DNA from: an uncultured Gammaproteobacteria bacterium
Lineage (GTDB): Bacteria > Patescibacteriota > Microgenomatia > CAZETR01 > Amesbacteraceae
Assembly: GCA_964502885.1 (NCBI GenBank)
Contig: CAZCXU010000001.1
Location: 93,352-157,351, forward strand
Reading direction: 5' to 3'
Length of the DNA stretch: 64,000 bases
Position 1 is the first letter of the stretch. Each line of letters begins with the position of its first letter. A program made the position numbers and the translations under genes. Shown here piece after piece: positions 1 through 9,508 of this stretch. The notes beneath the pieces are model-generated. The model worked only from the letters and a program-made list of their open reading frames with translations, did no database searches and was not told the DNA's origin.

Positions 1-636
1 GCTGATGCTATCAACGGGACATTAGTTGCCCCTGGAGAAATTTTTTCGTTTAACAAAACGGTTGGGGAAATTTCAGGTGATACCGGGTATAAACAGGCAT
101 ACATAATTAAGGAGGGAAAAACAATTTTAGGAGACGGAGGTGGAGTATGCCAGGTATCGAGCACTTTATTTCGAGCCGCCTTGAATACCGGACTTCCAAT
201 TGAAGAGCGCACCGCACACGCCTACAGGGTTCACTATTATGAGGAGAAATACCAGCCTGGATTTGATGCAACGGTATTTCAGCCTGCTCCGGATTTCAAA
301 TTTAGAAACGATACGTCGAGACACATTCTTATCCAGACAGTGTTTGATGAAAAAGCAAAATATCTGGCTATTGAAATTTATGGGACAAGCGACGGAAGAA
401 AAGCTGAGGTGTCAAAATCGCGAATTTGGGAAGTTACCCCTCCGCCACCTGACCTATACCAGGACGACCCCACCCTGCCACTAGGAAAGATTGTACAAGT
501 CGAGCATTCGGCATGGGGAGCAAAAGTAGCCTTTGATTGGAAAGTGACCCGCGGAGATGAAGTACTACAACAACGTACGTTTTACTCAAATTACAAAAAT
601 TGGCAGGCTGTGTATCTTCGGGGAACAAAAATATAA
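1..636 (+). CDS. VanW domain protein (5' end lies outside the window)
   Basis: The frame is open from nt 1. The motif ...ILGDGGGVCQVSSTLFRAALNTGLPIEERTAHAY... is typical of the VanW family. Stop at 634-636. Confidence 0.65.
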   Translation, partial: ADAINGTLVAPGEIFSFNKTVGEISGDTGYKQAYIIKEGKTILGDGGGVCQVSSTLFRAALNTGLPIEERTAHAYRVHYYEEKYQPGFDATVFQPAPDFKFRNDTSRHILIQTVFDEKAKYLAIEIYGTSDGRKAEVSKSRIWEVTPPPPDLYQDDPTLPLGKIVQVEHSAWGAKVAFDWKVTRGDEVLQQRTFYSNYKNWQAVYLRGTKI

Positions 637-641
637 GATCC

Positions 642-1415
642 TTACGGTTGAAAAACTGATTCGGGAAGAATCGTTACATGCTTGACTTCAGGAAACTGCA
701 AGGCGGATTGTTCTAGACGAGTGCGGTGACTCATCTGAAGACAGGAGCCTCCAGAAGTTAAGCCGGGAATTTCTGAAATGACCAGTACCAATTCACCGTT
801 ACGCAAACTGAGCTCTTTGATGGTAAGGCGGGGATCGATTTCGGATAACTGGCGAGAAAGAGTTTCTCTGATCGGAGTTTTTGACAAACCAAGTTGAACA
901 GGACGAGGAGTTACGACATTGCACAGCTCATCTGAGACGTTTTCCTGACGATCAAAAAGATAAGCAGTACCTACCGCTCGCGCGGAAAACTCTACCGGCA
1001 GCTCGTACGATTTCATATTTTCGGCAAGACCACTGGGGTTATCGTTTTGAAACACTAAGAAACCAGACCCGCTAGAGACAGGTAGACCGTAGGATTGAGT
1101 AAACAGAAGCAACTCGTCTTCGCTGGAGGTTGGGGCAGGCACGGGGATACTTCGCGATAGAAGGATCTCCCTGCCTGAACTGAGAACCTGAACCTGAAAT
1201 TGGCCCTCAAATGTCCAGGATTTGGGGACATAGCCCTTTATCATCAGCACTCCGGTCAGAACAGAGGATGGTTTAGGAAGAAGCAACTGAAAAGCGGGCA
1301 TAGTCTCTGATACTGGCGACATGCGCATTCTGGATTCAGGGAGATTGGTGTAAAACAAAAAAGCGATTATTGTACCAACACCAAGCAAAATACCGATTTT
1401 GAGAAGCGCGCTCAT
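642..1415 (-). CDS. GerMN-domain protein, membrane-anchored (lipoprotein LpqB-like)
   Basis: 257-aa ORF with an N-terminal TM helix followed by a sporulation/germination (GerMN)-like domain; recalled by similarity. Confidence 0.4.
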   Translation of the reverse strand: MSALLKIGILLGVGTIIAFLFYTNLPESRMRMSPVSETMPAFQLLLPKPSSVLTGVLMIKGYVPKSWTFEGQFQVQVLSSGREILLSRSIPVPAPTSSEDELLLFTQSYGLPVSSGSGFLVFQNDNPSGLAENMKSYELPVEFSARAVGTAYLFDRQENVSDELCNVVTPRPVQLGLSKTPIRETLSRQLSEIDPRLTIKELSLRNGELVLVISEIPGLTSGGSCLQMSHRTRLEQSALQFPEVKHVTILPESVFQP

Positions 1416-1429
1416 CGGCTAAAGTATAA

Positions 1430-2485
1430 TTGGCGGGAATGAAACTAGTCAAAGAGACCCAACAGATTATTCCAGAGGCTGTCTCGGTTCTAAATAAAGG
1501 AGGATTGGTAATCTTCCCATGCGAGACGGTGTATGGTGTGGCGGCTGATGCCAGCAACGAGGCGGCAGTGAGAAGACTTAATGCGTACAAACAACGCCCA
1601 ACAGGAAAACCATATGCGATTATGGTTTCGGATATGGCCATGGCGCAACAATATGTAGAAATTAACCAGACTGCCAGAAACTTATATAAAAAGTTTTTAC
1701 CTGGACCGTTAACAATAGTGTCAAAAGGAAAACACAAAGTTGCCTCCGGAGTTGAGTCAGAAAACGGATCCTTGGGAGTGAGAATTCCAGATTACGATTT
1801 TTTACTAAGATTGATTACTTCATTTGGCAAGCCGATAGTCGCAACATCTGCAAACGCCAGTTACAAGAAACGACCTTATAAGCTGGATGATGTTTTTGAA
1901 AATATTTCCCAGGACCAAAAACAACTGATTGATTTGGCTATCGATGCAGGGGAGTTGCCACACAATGAACCGTCTACCGTAGTGGATACGACTTTGGACG
2001 ATGCAACAATACTTCGACAAGGAGAGATCAGATTTTCAGAGGAAAACAGAGTAATAAGCCGAAGCGAAGAGAACACCCAGAATATTGGCAAGGAATTGTG
2101 GCAGAAGTACGAACACTTTTTGCATCAGCGAGCAATCGTATTTGCCCTTTCAGGAGAAATGGGGGCGGGAAAAACGCAACTCACAAAAGGGATAGCCAAA
2201 GCGATGGGAATTACTGACACAGTTGTCTCCCCCACTTTTAGTCTGGAAATCGAATATGACAACTTGGTTCACATAGATGCCTGGAGAATTGAGAACGAGA
2301 AAGAAGTTGAACAAATGGGTTATGTAAAGCGAATTTCGGAAAAGAGCGTCATAGTGATCGAGTGGGCCGAAAAAATCGGAAACTTAATTCGCAGATATGA
2401 TGATGATGCGATTGTGGTTTGGATAAAGATCAAATATGGATTCAGCGAGAATGAACGAATTATCTCCTGGGGGGTTGAGGCTTAA
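1430..2485 (+). CDS. Fused L-threonylcarbamoyladenylate synthase TsaC/Sua5 (YrdC domain) and t6A protein TsaE
   Basis: N-terminal YrdC/Sua5 motifs (VIFPCETVYGVAADASNEAAVRRLNAYKQRP...IMV). C-terminal TsaE/YjeE motifs (GEMGAGKTQLTKGIAKAMGI...VVSPTFSLEIEYD...DAWR). Confidence 0.75.
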   Translation: MAGMKLVKETQQIIPEAVSVLNKGGLVIFPCETVYGVAADASNEAAVRRLNAYKQRPTGKPYAIMVSDMAMAQQYVEINQTARNLYKKFLPGPLTIVSKGKHKVASGVESENGSLGVRIPDYDFLLRLITSFGKPIVATSANASYKKRPYKLDDVFENISQDQKQLIDLAIDAGELPHNEPSTVVDTTLDDATILRQGEIRFSEENRVISRSEENTQNIGKELWQKYEHFLHQRAIVFALSGEMGAGKTQLTKGIAKAMGITDTVVSPTFSLEIEYDNLVHIDAWRIENEKEVEQMGYVKRISEKSVIVIEWAEKIGNLIRRYDDDAIVVWIKIKYGFSENERIISWGVEA

Positions 2486-2486
2486 G

Positions 2487-3539
2487 ATGAAAACGGCTGA
2501 ACTAATATTGGCTATTGATACATCGTGTGATGAAACAGCTGTATCTGTAACATGTGGCACAAATGTACTTGCAAACATAGTCTGGTCTCAGGCGCAGCAA
2601 CACGCGGAATTTGGCGGAGTGATGCCATCGCTGGCGAAACGGATGCACGCAGAGCGCATCACTGAAGTAACACAAAAAGCTCTGGGCCGGGCAGGTATAG
2701 ACAAAAGAGAAATTGACTGTGTGGCGGTCACTACTGGGCCGGGCCTGGCCATTGCGCTGGAGGTAGGAATTCTGGCCGCAAAAACCATTTCTAATGAACT
2801 CGGAATACCCTTACTGGCGATAAATCACATAGAAGGACATCTATTGAGCAACCTGGCTGTGCCACGCAATAAACCCGCAACCTCTTTTGAATTTCCAGCA
2901 TTAGGACTGGTCATTTCCGGGGGACACACAGAATTAGTACATATTAGGAAATTTGGGCAATATCAAATTCTTGCCCAAACGCAAGATGACGCACTAGGAG
3001 AGGCGCTCGACAAAGCAGCCCGAATGTTGGGATTGGGATATCCGGGTGGAGCTGTTTTGGAAAAGATGGCAAAGTTTGGAGATCCAAAGGCTTATTCCCT
3101 GCCATTACCTATGGCGAGGCAGAGAAATTTTGAGGCGTTTAGTTATTCCGGACTAAAAACAGCTTTTTTCAGGTTAACCAATGAAATCGGAACTAAGAGC
3201 TCAACGAGACAACAAACATACAACCTGGCGGCTACTTTTCAAAATCGCGCCTTTCAGCACCTTGAAAAAGTTTGTAGCGCTCAAATAGAAAGACTTGGCA
3301 ATGAAAAGCCAAAATACTTGTGGGTCGGTGGAGGGGTGGCAGCAAATGCTTTACTGCGCAAAAGACTTAGAAGAATGGCAGAAGACTTTGGACTAAAGAC
3401 CAGATTCCCCTATTCAAAAAAACTGATCGGCGATAATGCGGCAATGATAGGTGTTGCCGCTTATTTACGCCGCACTGCTGGCATTGATGACAATATTATC
3501 CAACCAGACAGACGACCGAGATGGACGATTGGAAGCTAA
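2487..3539 (+). CDS. tsaD: tRNA N6-adenosine threonylcarbamoyltransferase TsaD (Kae1/Gcp family)
   Basis: MKTAELILAIDTSCDETAVSV... followed by a Gcp/Kae1-type HxxH/ASKPS-like core. The ATG at 2487 follows the tsaCE stop directly, so the track start at 2436 is probably an upstream extension. Confidence 0.85.
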   Translation: MKTAELILAIDTSCDETAVSVTCGTNVLANIVWSQAQQHAEFGGVMPSLAKRMHAERITEVTQKALGRAGIDKREIDCVAVTTGPGLAIALEVGILAAKTISNELGIPLLAINHIEGHLLSNLAVPRNKPATSFEFPALGLVISGGHTELVHIRKFGQYQILAQTQDDALGEALDKAARMLGLGYPGGAVLEKMAKFGDPKAYSLPLPMARQRNFEAFSYSGLKTAFFRLTNEIGTKSSTRQQTYNLAATFQNRAFQHLEKVCSAQIERLGNEKPKYLWVGGGVAANALLRKRLRRMAEDFGLKTRFPYSKKLIGDNAAMIGVAAYLRRTAGIDDNIIQPDRRPRWTIGS

Positions 3540-3556
3540 GGCTCTATAATGATGGC

Positions 3557-3707
3557 AGTATTGACAATTGAGCGGACCAGTCACCCGCGAGTCACGCCGA
3601 AGAACAGGGTCAACAATGTCTCTAAGTAGAACGGCACAACGAGAAGTAAATAAGGTGGTACCACGAGATCCCGCTCGTCCTTATAATGTTGAGGAAGCGG
3701 GTTTTTT
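3557..3707 (+). promoter_or_regulatory. Putative T-box leader (valine specifier) with intrinsic terminator, upstream of valS
   Basis: AATAAGGTGGTACCACGAG (3649-3667) matches the T-box consensus AAnnnGGGTGGNACCGCG. A terminator hairpin CCCGCT...AGCGGG plus T6 lies at 3670-3707. A GUC (Val) codon sits in a candidate specifier region at about 3608-3610. The candidate promoter has -10 TATAAT at 3545-3550. Confidence 0.4.
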
Positions 3708-3714
3708 GTGAAAT

Positions 3715-5961
3715 ATGGACAAAGCATACGACCACAAAAAATATGAGGACCAAATCTATGAGATGTGGGAGACTAGTGGGGCATTTAAACCTGCAGCAAC
3801 CGGAACTCCATATACAGTTCTAATGCCCCCACCAAACGCAAATGCATCCCTGCACGCCGGCCATGCGATGTATACCATTGATGACATTGTTACCAGGTGG
3901 AAAAGAATGCAGGGCTACTCGACGGTGTGGATTCCAGGAATGGATCATGCAGGGTTTGAGACGCAGTTTGTTTATGAAAAGAACCTGGCTAAAGAAGGTA
4001 AATCGAGATTGAATTTTGACCGGAAAACCCTATATAACAACATCTTCCAGTTTGTAAAAAACAATTCGGGTTTGATATACAAACAGTTTCGGAAACTAGG
4101 GTTATCCGCTGATTGGGACCGCAGCGTATTTACTCTAGACAGACGTGTAGTCGAACGGGTTTATGAAACTTTTAGACGGATGGAAAGAGAGGGTAAGGTT
4201 TACAGGGACAACTACATGGTGAACTATTGCACACACTGCGGAACTTCCCTGTCTGAACTCGAAGTTGATCACGAGGAAAGAGTGGATCCGCTGTACTACT
4301 TAAGGTACGGCCCTTTTGTGTTGGCCACAGTAAGGCCGGAAACAAAGTTTGGAGATACAGCTGTGGCGGTTCATCCGGGCGACAACAGGTATACAAGTCT
4401 GGTAGGTAAGGAGATTGAAGTGGATGGGTTGATTGGAAAATTCAAGGTGAAAGTGATTGCAGATGAAGCTGTTGATCGGGAGTTTGGAACAGGAGCAGTA
4501 AAAGTAACCCCAGCACATGACCCGACTGATTTTGAGATGGGGAAACGTCACAATCTGGAAATAAAACAGGTAATTGGTCTTGATGGGCGATTAAACGAAA
4601 AGTCTGGTAAATATGCGGGTTTGAAAGTAGCTGAGGCGAGAAAGGCTGTTGTTGCGGATTTGCAGAGTGCTGGCTTACTGGAAAAAGTTGATGAGAATTA
4701 CAAACACGCGGTATCCATTTGCTACAAGTGTAAAAGAACGCTCGAACCCACAATCATCCCTAACTGGTTTGTACGCATAAACGATTTGAAAAAACCAGTT
4801 ATTGAAGCAGTAAATCGTGATGAGGTGAGGTTTTTTCCTAAGAAATTTAAGAGATTAATGTTGGACTGGTTAAAGAGAATGCACGACTGGCCCATCAGCC
4901 GGCAAATTGTCTGGGGAATTCGGATTCCGGTGTGGTATGAGTTGGATTTTCAAAAAGAAAATATTTGGGCGGGATGGCTGGATAAAGAGGGAAAGTTTCA
5001 ACAATCATCTGTTAGTCATGCTCTGAAACAGGGCACTCCCCTATCGGAAATTGTGGACGGGCTGCAATGGATCAGAACCAGCACAGGAGAGTCGGCCCCC
5101 AGATATGTGGTTTCAGAGGAGAAACCCGCGGACGGAAAAATATATTTGCCGGAGACAGACACCTTTGACACCTGGTTTTCCTCCAGCCAATGGCCACTAG
5201 TAACCCTGGATGAACATGAGTTTGCCACAAGATTCCCTTCCGATTTCATGGGCACATTGGAGGATATACTCCCCTTTTGGATTTCACGAATGATTTTGTT
5301 TGGAGAATATGTGAAACAAGGTGTTCCATTTAAACAGGTGTACTTGTGGTCAAAAGTGACTGATAGCAAGGGGCAAAAAATGAGCAAAAGCAAAGGAAAT
5401 GTGGTCAATCCGGTTGATTTTATTGATAAATACGGAGCTGATGCGGTAAGAATGGCTCTTGTTTTTGGTGTCGCTCCAGGGAGCTCAATCCCCTTTTCCG
5501 AAGGCAAAATTAGGGGCATGCGTAATTTTGCTAATAAACTTTGGAATGTGGCACGGTTTGTCTTTACGACTATTCAGGATACTGCTCAAGGAGAAGCAAT
5601 TTCCAACGAAGTACAAGAATCTTTGAATAGCCGTCTGGAGACAATTAGACAAAAGTCGGAGCTGGTTCAAAAAAAGGTCTCATTAAGTTTAGAGCACCTA
5701 CGTTTCAATGATGCTGCAGAATATATCTATGAATACGCCTGGCACGAATTCGCTGACAAAGATTTGGAATTTATAAAGACAAGAATTAATTCTGGAGCAC
5801 GAGTAAATGGCAGGTCAAAAAAGGATCTTACGGCTGCATTAATCAATATTCTGACAAGTGTTCACCCGTTAATGCCGTTTGTTTCAGAGGCAATCTGGCA
5901 GGAGGGTATCAGACAAAATCTATCAGGATTTACAGGAATGCTAATAAGAAAAGTCTGGTAG
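3715..5961 (+). CDS. valS: Valine--tRNA ligase (compact, no C-terminal coiled coil)
   Basis: HAGHAMY (HIGH-like) motif, CP1 editing-domain motif VRPETKFGDTAVAVHP, and KMSKSKGN (KMSKS) motif. Confidence 0.9.
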   Translation: MDKAYDHKKYEDQIYEMWETSGAFKPAATGTPYTVLMPPPNANASLHAGHAMYTIDDIVTRWKRMQGYSTVWIPGMDHAGFETQFVYEKNLAKEGKSRLNFDRKTLYNNIFQFVKNNSGLIYKQFRKLGLSADWDRSVFTLDRRVVERVYETFRRMEREGKVYRDNYMVNYCTHCGTSLSELEVDHEERVDPLYYLRYGPFVLATVRPETKFGDTAVAVHPGDNRYTSLVGKEIEVDGLIGKFKVKVIADEAVDREFGTGAVKVTPAHDPTDFEMGKRHNLEIKQVIGLDGRLNEKSGKYAGLKVAEARKAVVADLQSAGLLEKVDENYKHAVSICYKCKRTLEPTIIPNWFVRINDLKKPVIEAVNRDEVRFFPKKFKRLMLDWLKRMHDWPISRQIVWGIRIPVWYELDFQKENIWAGWLDKEGKFQQSSVSHALKQGTPLSEIVDGLQWIRTSTGESAPRYVVSEEKPADGKIYLPETDTFDTWFSSSQWPLVTLDEHEFATRFPSDFMGTLEDILPFWISRMILFGEYVKQGVPFKQVYLWSKVTDSKGQKMSKSKGNVVNPVDFIDKYGADAVRMALVFGVAPGSSIPFSEGKIRGMRNFANKLWNVARFVFTTIQDTAQGEAISNEVQESLNSRLETIRQKSELVQKKVSLSLEHLRFNDAAEYIYEYAWHEFADKDLEFIKTRINSGARVNGRSKKDLTAALINILTSVHPLMPFVSEAIWQEGIRQNLSGFTGMLIRKVW

Positions 5962-5988
5962 GGAAGAAGGCTGATTTGGAGAGGATTA

Positions 5989-6666
5989 TTATTCCGGTTT
6001 TTCGGCTTCTTTCGTTTGTTCGGTGTTCTTTTCGGGGGCTCCATCTTCGATGGGGGCAACTTCTCCCTCGGCAGGTGTCACGGACGGAACAATCTCTTCT
6101 TTGGCTAAGGCTTCGATCTGCACTATGGTGTTTTCCGGACTTGTCACAATCTTCAAGCGTGTAGTGTCGAGACTGAGGTCTCCTACAGTAATATGAGAGC
6201 CTACCTCAGCAAGACTGGAAACATCGACTTGAATATTCTCAGGCATATCCGCAGGTAAGGCTTCGATCTCTACTTCATGCAGTTGCTGAACCATAATTCC
6301 CAACTTGTCTTTTTCTGCCAAAGACTCCCCCACGAGGACAATCTGAACAGGGGCAGTAACCTTTTGCTTAAGATCTACCTGATGAAATGCAACATGAAGG
6401 ACATCCGAAGTCACAGGGTCTCGTGACACCTGACTTACAAAAACAGGTCTGGGATCTTTTTCGGAATCAATATGCAAATAAGCCAAACTTGACTCCCCCA
6501 CTTTGGCATAAAAAGCGGCAAACTCCTTAGTGTTTACCTGGATGTCCAAGCTGGTTATTTTGTTCCCAAAAACATTAGCTGGAACTGTACCACCTAAACG
6601 AAGACGTTTTACTTTTCGACCGACAAGTTCCCTTTTTTGGCAATTAAGATAGTGTTTTTCGGCCAT
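5989..6666 (-). CDS. rplY: 50S ribosomal protein L25 / general stress protein Ctc
   Basis: L25/Ctc-like N-terminal and beta-barrel domains, followed by an acidic C-terminal tail. Confidence 0.75.
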   Translation of the reverse strand: MAEKHYLNCQKRELVGRKVKRLRLGGTVPANVFGNKITSLDIQVNTKEFAAFYAKVGESSLAYLHIDSEKDPRPVFVSQVSRDPVTSDVLHVAFHQVDLKQKVTAPVQIVLVGESLAEKDKLGIMVQQLHEVEIEALPADMPENIQVDVSSLAEVGSHITVGDLSLDTTRLKIVTSPENTIVQIEALAKEEIVPSVTPAEGEVAPIEDGAPEKNTEQTKEAEKPE

Positions 6667-6670
6667 ATAC

Positions 6671-8806
6671 TCAGTTATTCAAGATGAAATCAATGCTAAG
6701 CCTTAGTGGCTTTGAGCTCTGCGTATTATAACTGAGCTCGCCTGCTCTAGCAACTACAGGCGGATAATAGGTTGTCGAGTGCCAACTTGGAGGAAAATTT
6801 ATCGTGGAAGTCAAACGAGAAGTTGATCCTGGCTGATTTAGGAAATGAAGGAGGTAAGTAAATCTGGCAGAAACAGAACTTTTTTCCTCAAATTGAAGTT
6901 GGAACTCTGTGATTGCGTCAAGTTTTGGAATCTTAAACCCAAGCAGACTGATTCCTGACTGAAAATCTGGCTGGGAAACACTAATTGGCCAGGCAACTGA
7001 CCCTGTGAATGATTTTTTAATACTAATATTTTTTGATACTAACACCCAGAAGTACTCATCTCCCAATGCCTTGGACAGGCGGAAGTTGAGGGAGTGGGTA
7101 ATCCCCCCACCGGGCAACAGTACAGTTTCCAAATGATAGTTTGGCGCCATTACTTCAGAAGATGTGGATGTAACTGATGGATAAATTACCGAACTAGCAC
7201 AAGGAAGATGAGAGGTGCAAATTGGCATCGCGACTCCCCCACTCCAATTTATGTGTTGTAAAAGTGTGTCGCTGACGGATTGGTAGGAAATCAGGATGTG
7301 CCGGTTTTCTACCTGTCTGAATAAATAAACCAGGTCTGACATAGTGTCGGGTGTTCCAGTATTTAAATTTGTAAGTTTCTGCCAATCCCCCTCAGACAAA
7401 GAGAATACAAGGTCGGGGGACCAATTTTGAGATTTCTCAACAAACCAGGCGGCATACCTGGCTGAGAGATGAAAATCCGGTGAGTAATTATGATTGGAAA
7501 AATTCCAGATGTTTTTTTCGTAGATATCCTGAAATCCAGCTGGGCTTTGAATCAGGCCATCGATAGACTCAGCTATTTGTTGGGGAGTTTTTTCACTTAT
7601 GACTGAAATGCGGCCAGACATGATTTGCAGTAATTTCAACGACTTTACGATTCCCCCATCTGATGACATGCTGGGGTTTTCTTTTATAAGAGCTAAGACA
7701 TTAATCGGCCGAGATCCGTCAATAATTTGTTGATACGAATTTCCAAGATACACCAACTTACCTATATACGAGAGTATCTCTTTTGTAGTTATTTTGACTG
7801 ACTGCAGACTGGAACTGCTTGAATTGAGCGATGAAACTGTCGAAAGTTTTTCCTGAAAATCTGCAAATGCTGTACGAGCATGTAGTAACTGGCTCATAAG
7901 TGTCTGAGAATTGAATGATTGATTAGTAGCAGCTTGATTGACTTCTCTGATTGACAAATAGGATTGGCTTAATAGGTCAGACAGGTTTTGCGCTAGCGAC
8001 AATGGGAGTGGGTAGTTAAACATCATAGAGAAAAACGGGGAAAGGCCTGACGCTTTTATTAAAGGCCATGATGTTTTTTGGGCCACCGCAGACAACTTGA
8101 GAGCAGATCCAAAATCTGTTTTTGCATAATCGCTCAATGCGAAACCCAAAACAACCTGAAGTGACACTGTGTAGACAAGCAATAGCAATACGAAAACAAC
8201 AAACGACCGAATTATTATTTTTGACCAAGAAATAAATATGTTATGTCTGCGAGGTTTTTCATAAAGTCTTTTTACGAGTACCGGTGATGCCTTAGATGGG
8301 GCAGGAAGTTGTGTCAGGTTGTGCAAATTCTTTTTCAACAATAGCAGCAAAGAGTCCGGAAGTGGATTGTCTGCCGGCACCGGCACCACTTCAAACCGCA
8401 ACGGATACCTGCGGGCAAACTGAGCTACAAACTGAATCGCTGTCTGGACCATATGAGTGGTGGTGCTTTCAACTACCAAAATCAATTTGGCGTTTTGAGA
8501 AACAGCTCCAACGAGTAGGTGATGCAAATATGAAGTGCAGTATATTGACTGATTCAATGAGGGAGGACCAAACCCAACAAAATGATAGATGCACGAGAGG
8601 TGCAGGGGTGTCTGATTTGGAGATGTGCTGCCGATTTCACTGTGAACCTGAATTGTCTGAAGACAGGAAAATTGTACTGCAAGGTTTTTTGAAAGTTGAG
8701 TGACCTCACCAGATATGAGGACTGAATAACGGTTTGTAACTTCATTTGCAACTAATAAATTCTTATGCATTTGTTTATTTATAGCGGGCCATGAAGCGAG
8801 GTGCAA
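6671..8806 (-). CDS. Large hypothetical membrane-anchored protein
   Basis: 711-aa ORF with one predicted TM helix (IIIRSFVVFVLLLLVYTVSLQVVLGF). No motif I recognise. Confidence 0.45.
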   Translation of the reverse strand: MHLASWPAINKQMHKNLLVANEVTNRYSVLISGEVTQLSKNLAVQFSCLQTIQVHSEIGSTSPNQTPLHLSCIYHFVGFGPPSLNQSIYCTSYLHHLLVGAVSQNAKLILVVESTTTHMVQTAIQFVAQFARRYPLRFEVVPVPADNPLPDSLLLLLKKNLHNLTQLPAPSKASPVLVKRLYEKPRRHNIFISWSKIIIRSFVVFVLLLLVYTVSLQVVLGFALSDYAKTDFGSALKLSAVAQKTSWPLIKASGLSPFFSMMFNYPLPLSLAQNLSDLLSQSYLSIREVNQAATNQSFNSQTLMSQLLHARTAFADFQEKLSTVSSLNSSSSSLQSVKITTKEILSYIGKLVYLGNSYQQIIDGSRPINVLALIKENPSMSSDGGIVKSLKLLQIMSGRISVISEKTPQQIAESIDGLIQSPAGFQDIYEKNIWNFSNHNYSPDFHLSARYAAWFVEKSQNWSPDLVFSLSEGDWQKLTNLNTGTPDTMSDLVYLFRQVENRHILISYQSVSDTLLQHINWSGGVAMPICTSHLPCASSVIYPSVTSTSSEVMAPNYHLETVLLPGGGITHSLNFRLSKALGDEYFWVLVSKNISIKKSFTGSVAWPISVSQPDFQSGISLLGFKIPKLDAITEFQLQFEEKSSVSARFTYLLHFLNQPGSTSRLTSTINFPPSWHSTTYYPPVVARAGELSYNTQSSKPLRLSIDFILNN

Positions 8807-8972
8807 CAGATATGCGGGAAAATGCTAGTTAACAATATCTGTGTACTTACACATAATTTATACCTGATACTTACAGTATTTCGAGGCTAAACTTTTCTTG
8901 TTAATGTAAGTACATCAAAAACATGAAAATTCCCGCAAGTTTAATTCGAACTTACCAAATCATTTTGTCAAT

Positions 8973-9404
8973 CTAATTCGCGTCTAAACATCGGTTTACC
9001 AAAGCATCCGGGGCGAAATTCTGTTCACGGGGAATATGGTTAAAACTGACCTGAACATGATGTCTTGTAGAAAGGGAATTCAGCTGGCTTTTGACTTGGG
9101 ACGCTAGTTGCTGCAATGAATGATCTTTGATGCGATAAACCCCATTTAATTGGTTAACTATCAATTGCGAATCCAAATAAATTGAAATGTGTGAAACAGG
9201 ATTTCCCGGTAGAGCAGTGGCCAACCAAGACAGAGCAAGGAGTACGCCGCGATACTCGGCTTGATTGTTGGTAGTTGTACCCAAATATTGATAGTCACTG
9301 AAAATGACTTTTCCGGAGATGTTGGCGGCAACAAAAGCACAGGCTGATGGGCCAGGGTTCCCTCTGGATCCACCATCACAATTTATGGCGATGTGTCCAT
9401 TCAT
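8973..9404 (-). CDS. rnhA: Ribonuclease HI
   Basis: IAINCDGGSRGNPGPSACAFV...NNQAEYRGVLLAL...D motifs of the RNase H fold. Confidence 0.75.
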   Translation of the reverse strand: MNGHIAINCDGGSRGNPGPSACAFVAANISGKVIFSDYQYLGTTTNNQAEYRGVLLALSWLATALPGNPVSHISIYLDSQLIVNQLNGVYRIKDHSLQQLASQVKSQLNSLSTRHHVQVSFNHIPREQNFAPDALVNRCLDAN

Positions 9405-9508
9405 AGATTTTTCGGCGATCGTACAGTCTCGCTGTGTTTTTTCTGTCGAGATAATATTTTTGATTTTATATTAAAGAGTCAATATATACTGGTCGAAATG
9501 TTATTTTG

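Noticed and set aside
2436-2486. The upstream start of tsaD at 2436 implied by the ORF track, giving a 51-nt overlap with the tsaC-tsaE fusion.
   Set aside because: An ATG at 2487 gives the canonical MKTAELILAIDTSCDE N-terminus directly after the upstream stop, so the extension is unnecessary.
8820-8900. 10-bp inverted repeat TGTACTTACA...TGTAAGTACA separated by about 55 nt, in the intergenic region between the 711-aa gene and rnhA.
   Set aside because: It could be an operator or transcription terminator for convergent genes, but it is single-copy with no other supporting features, so I did not call it.
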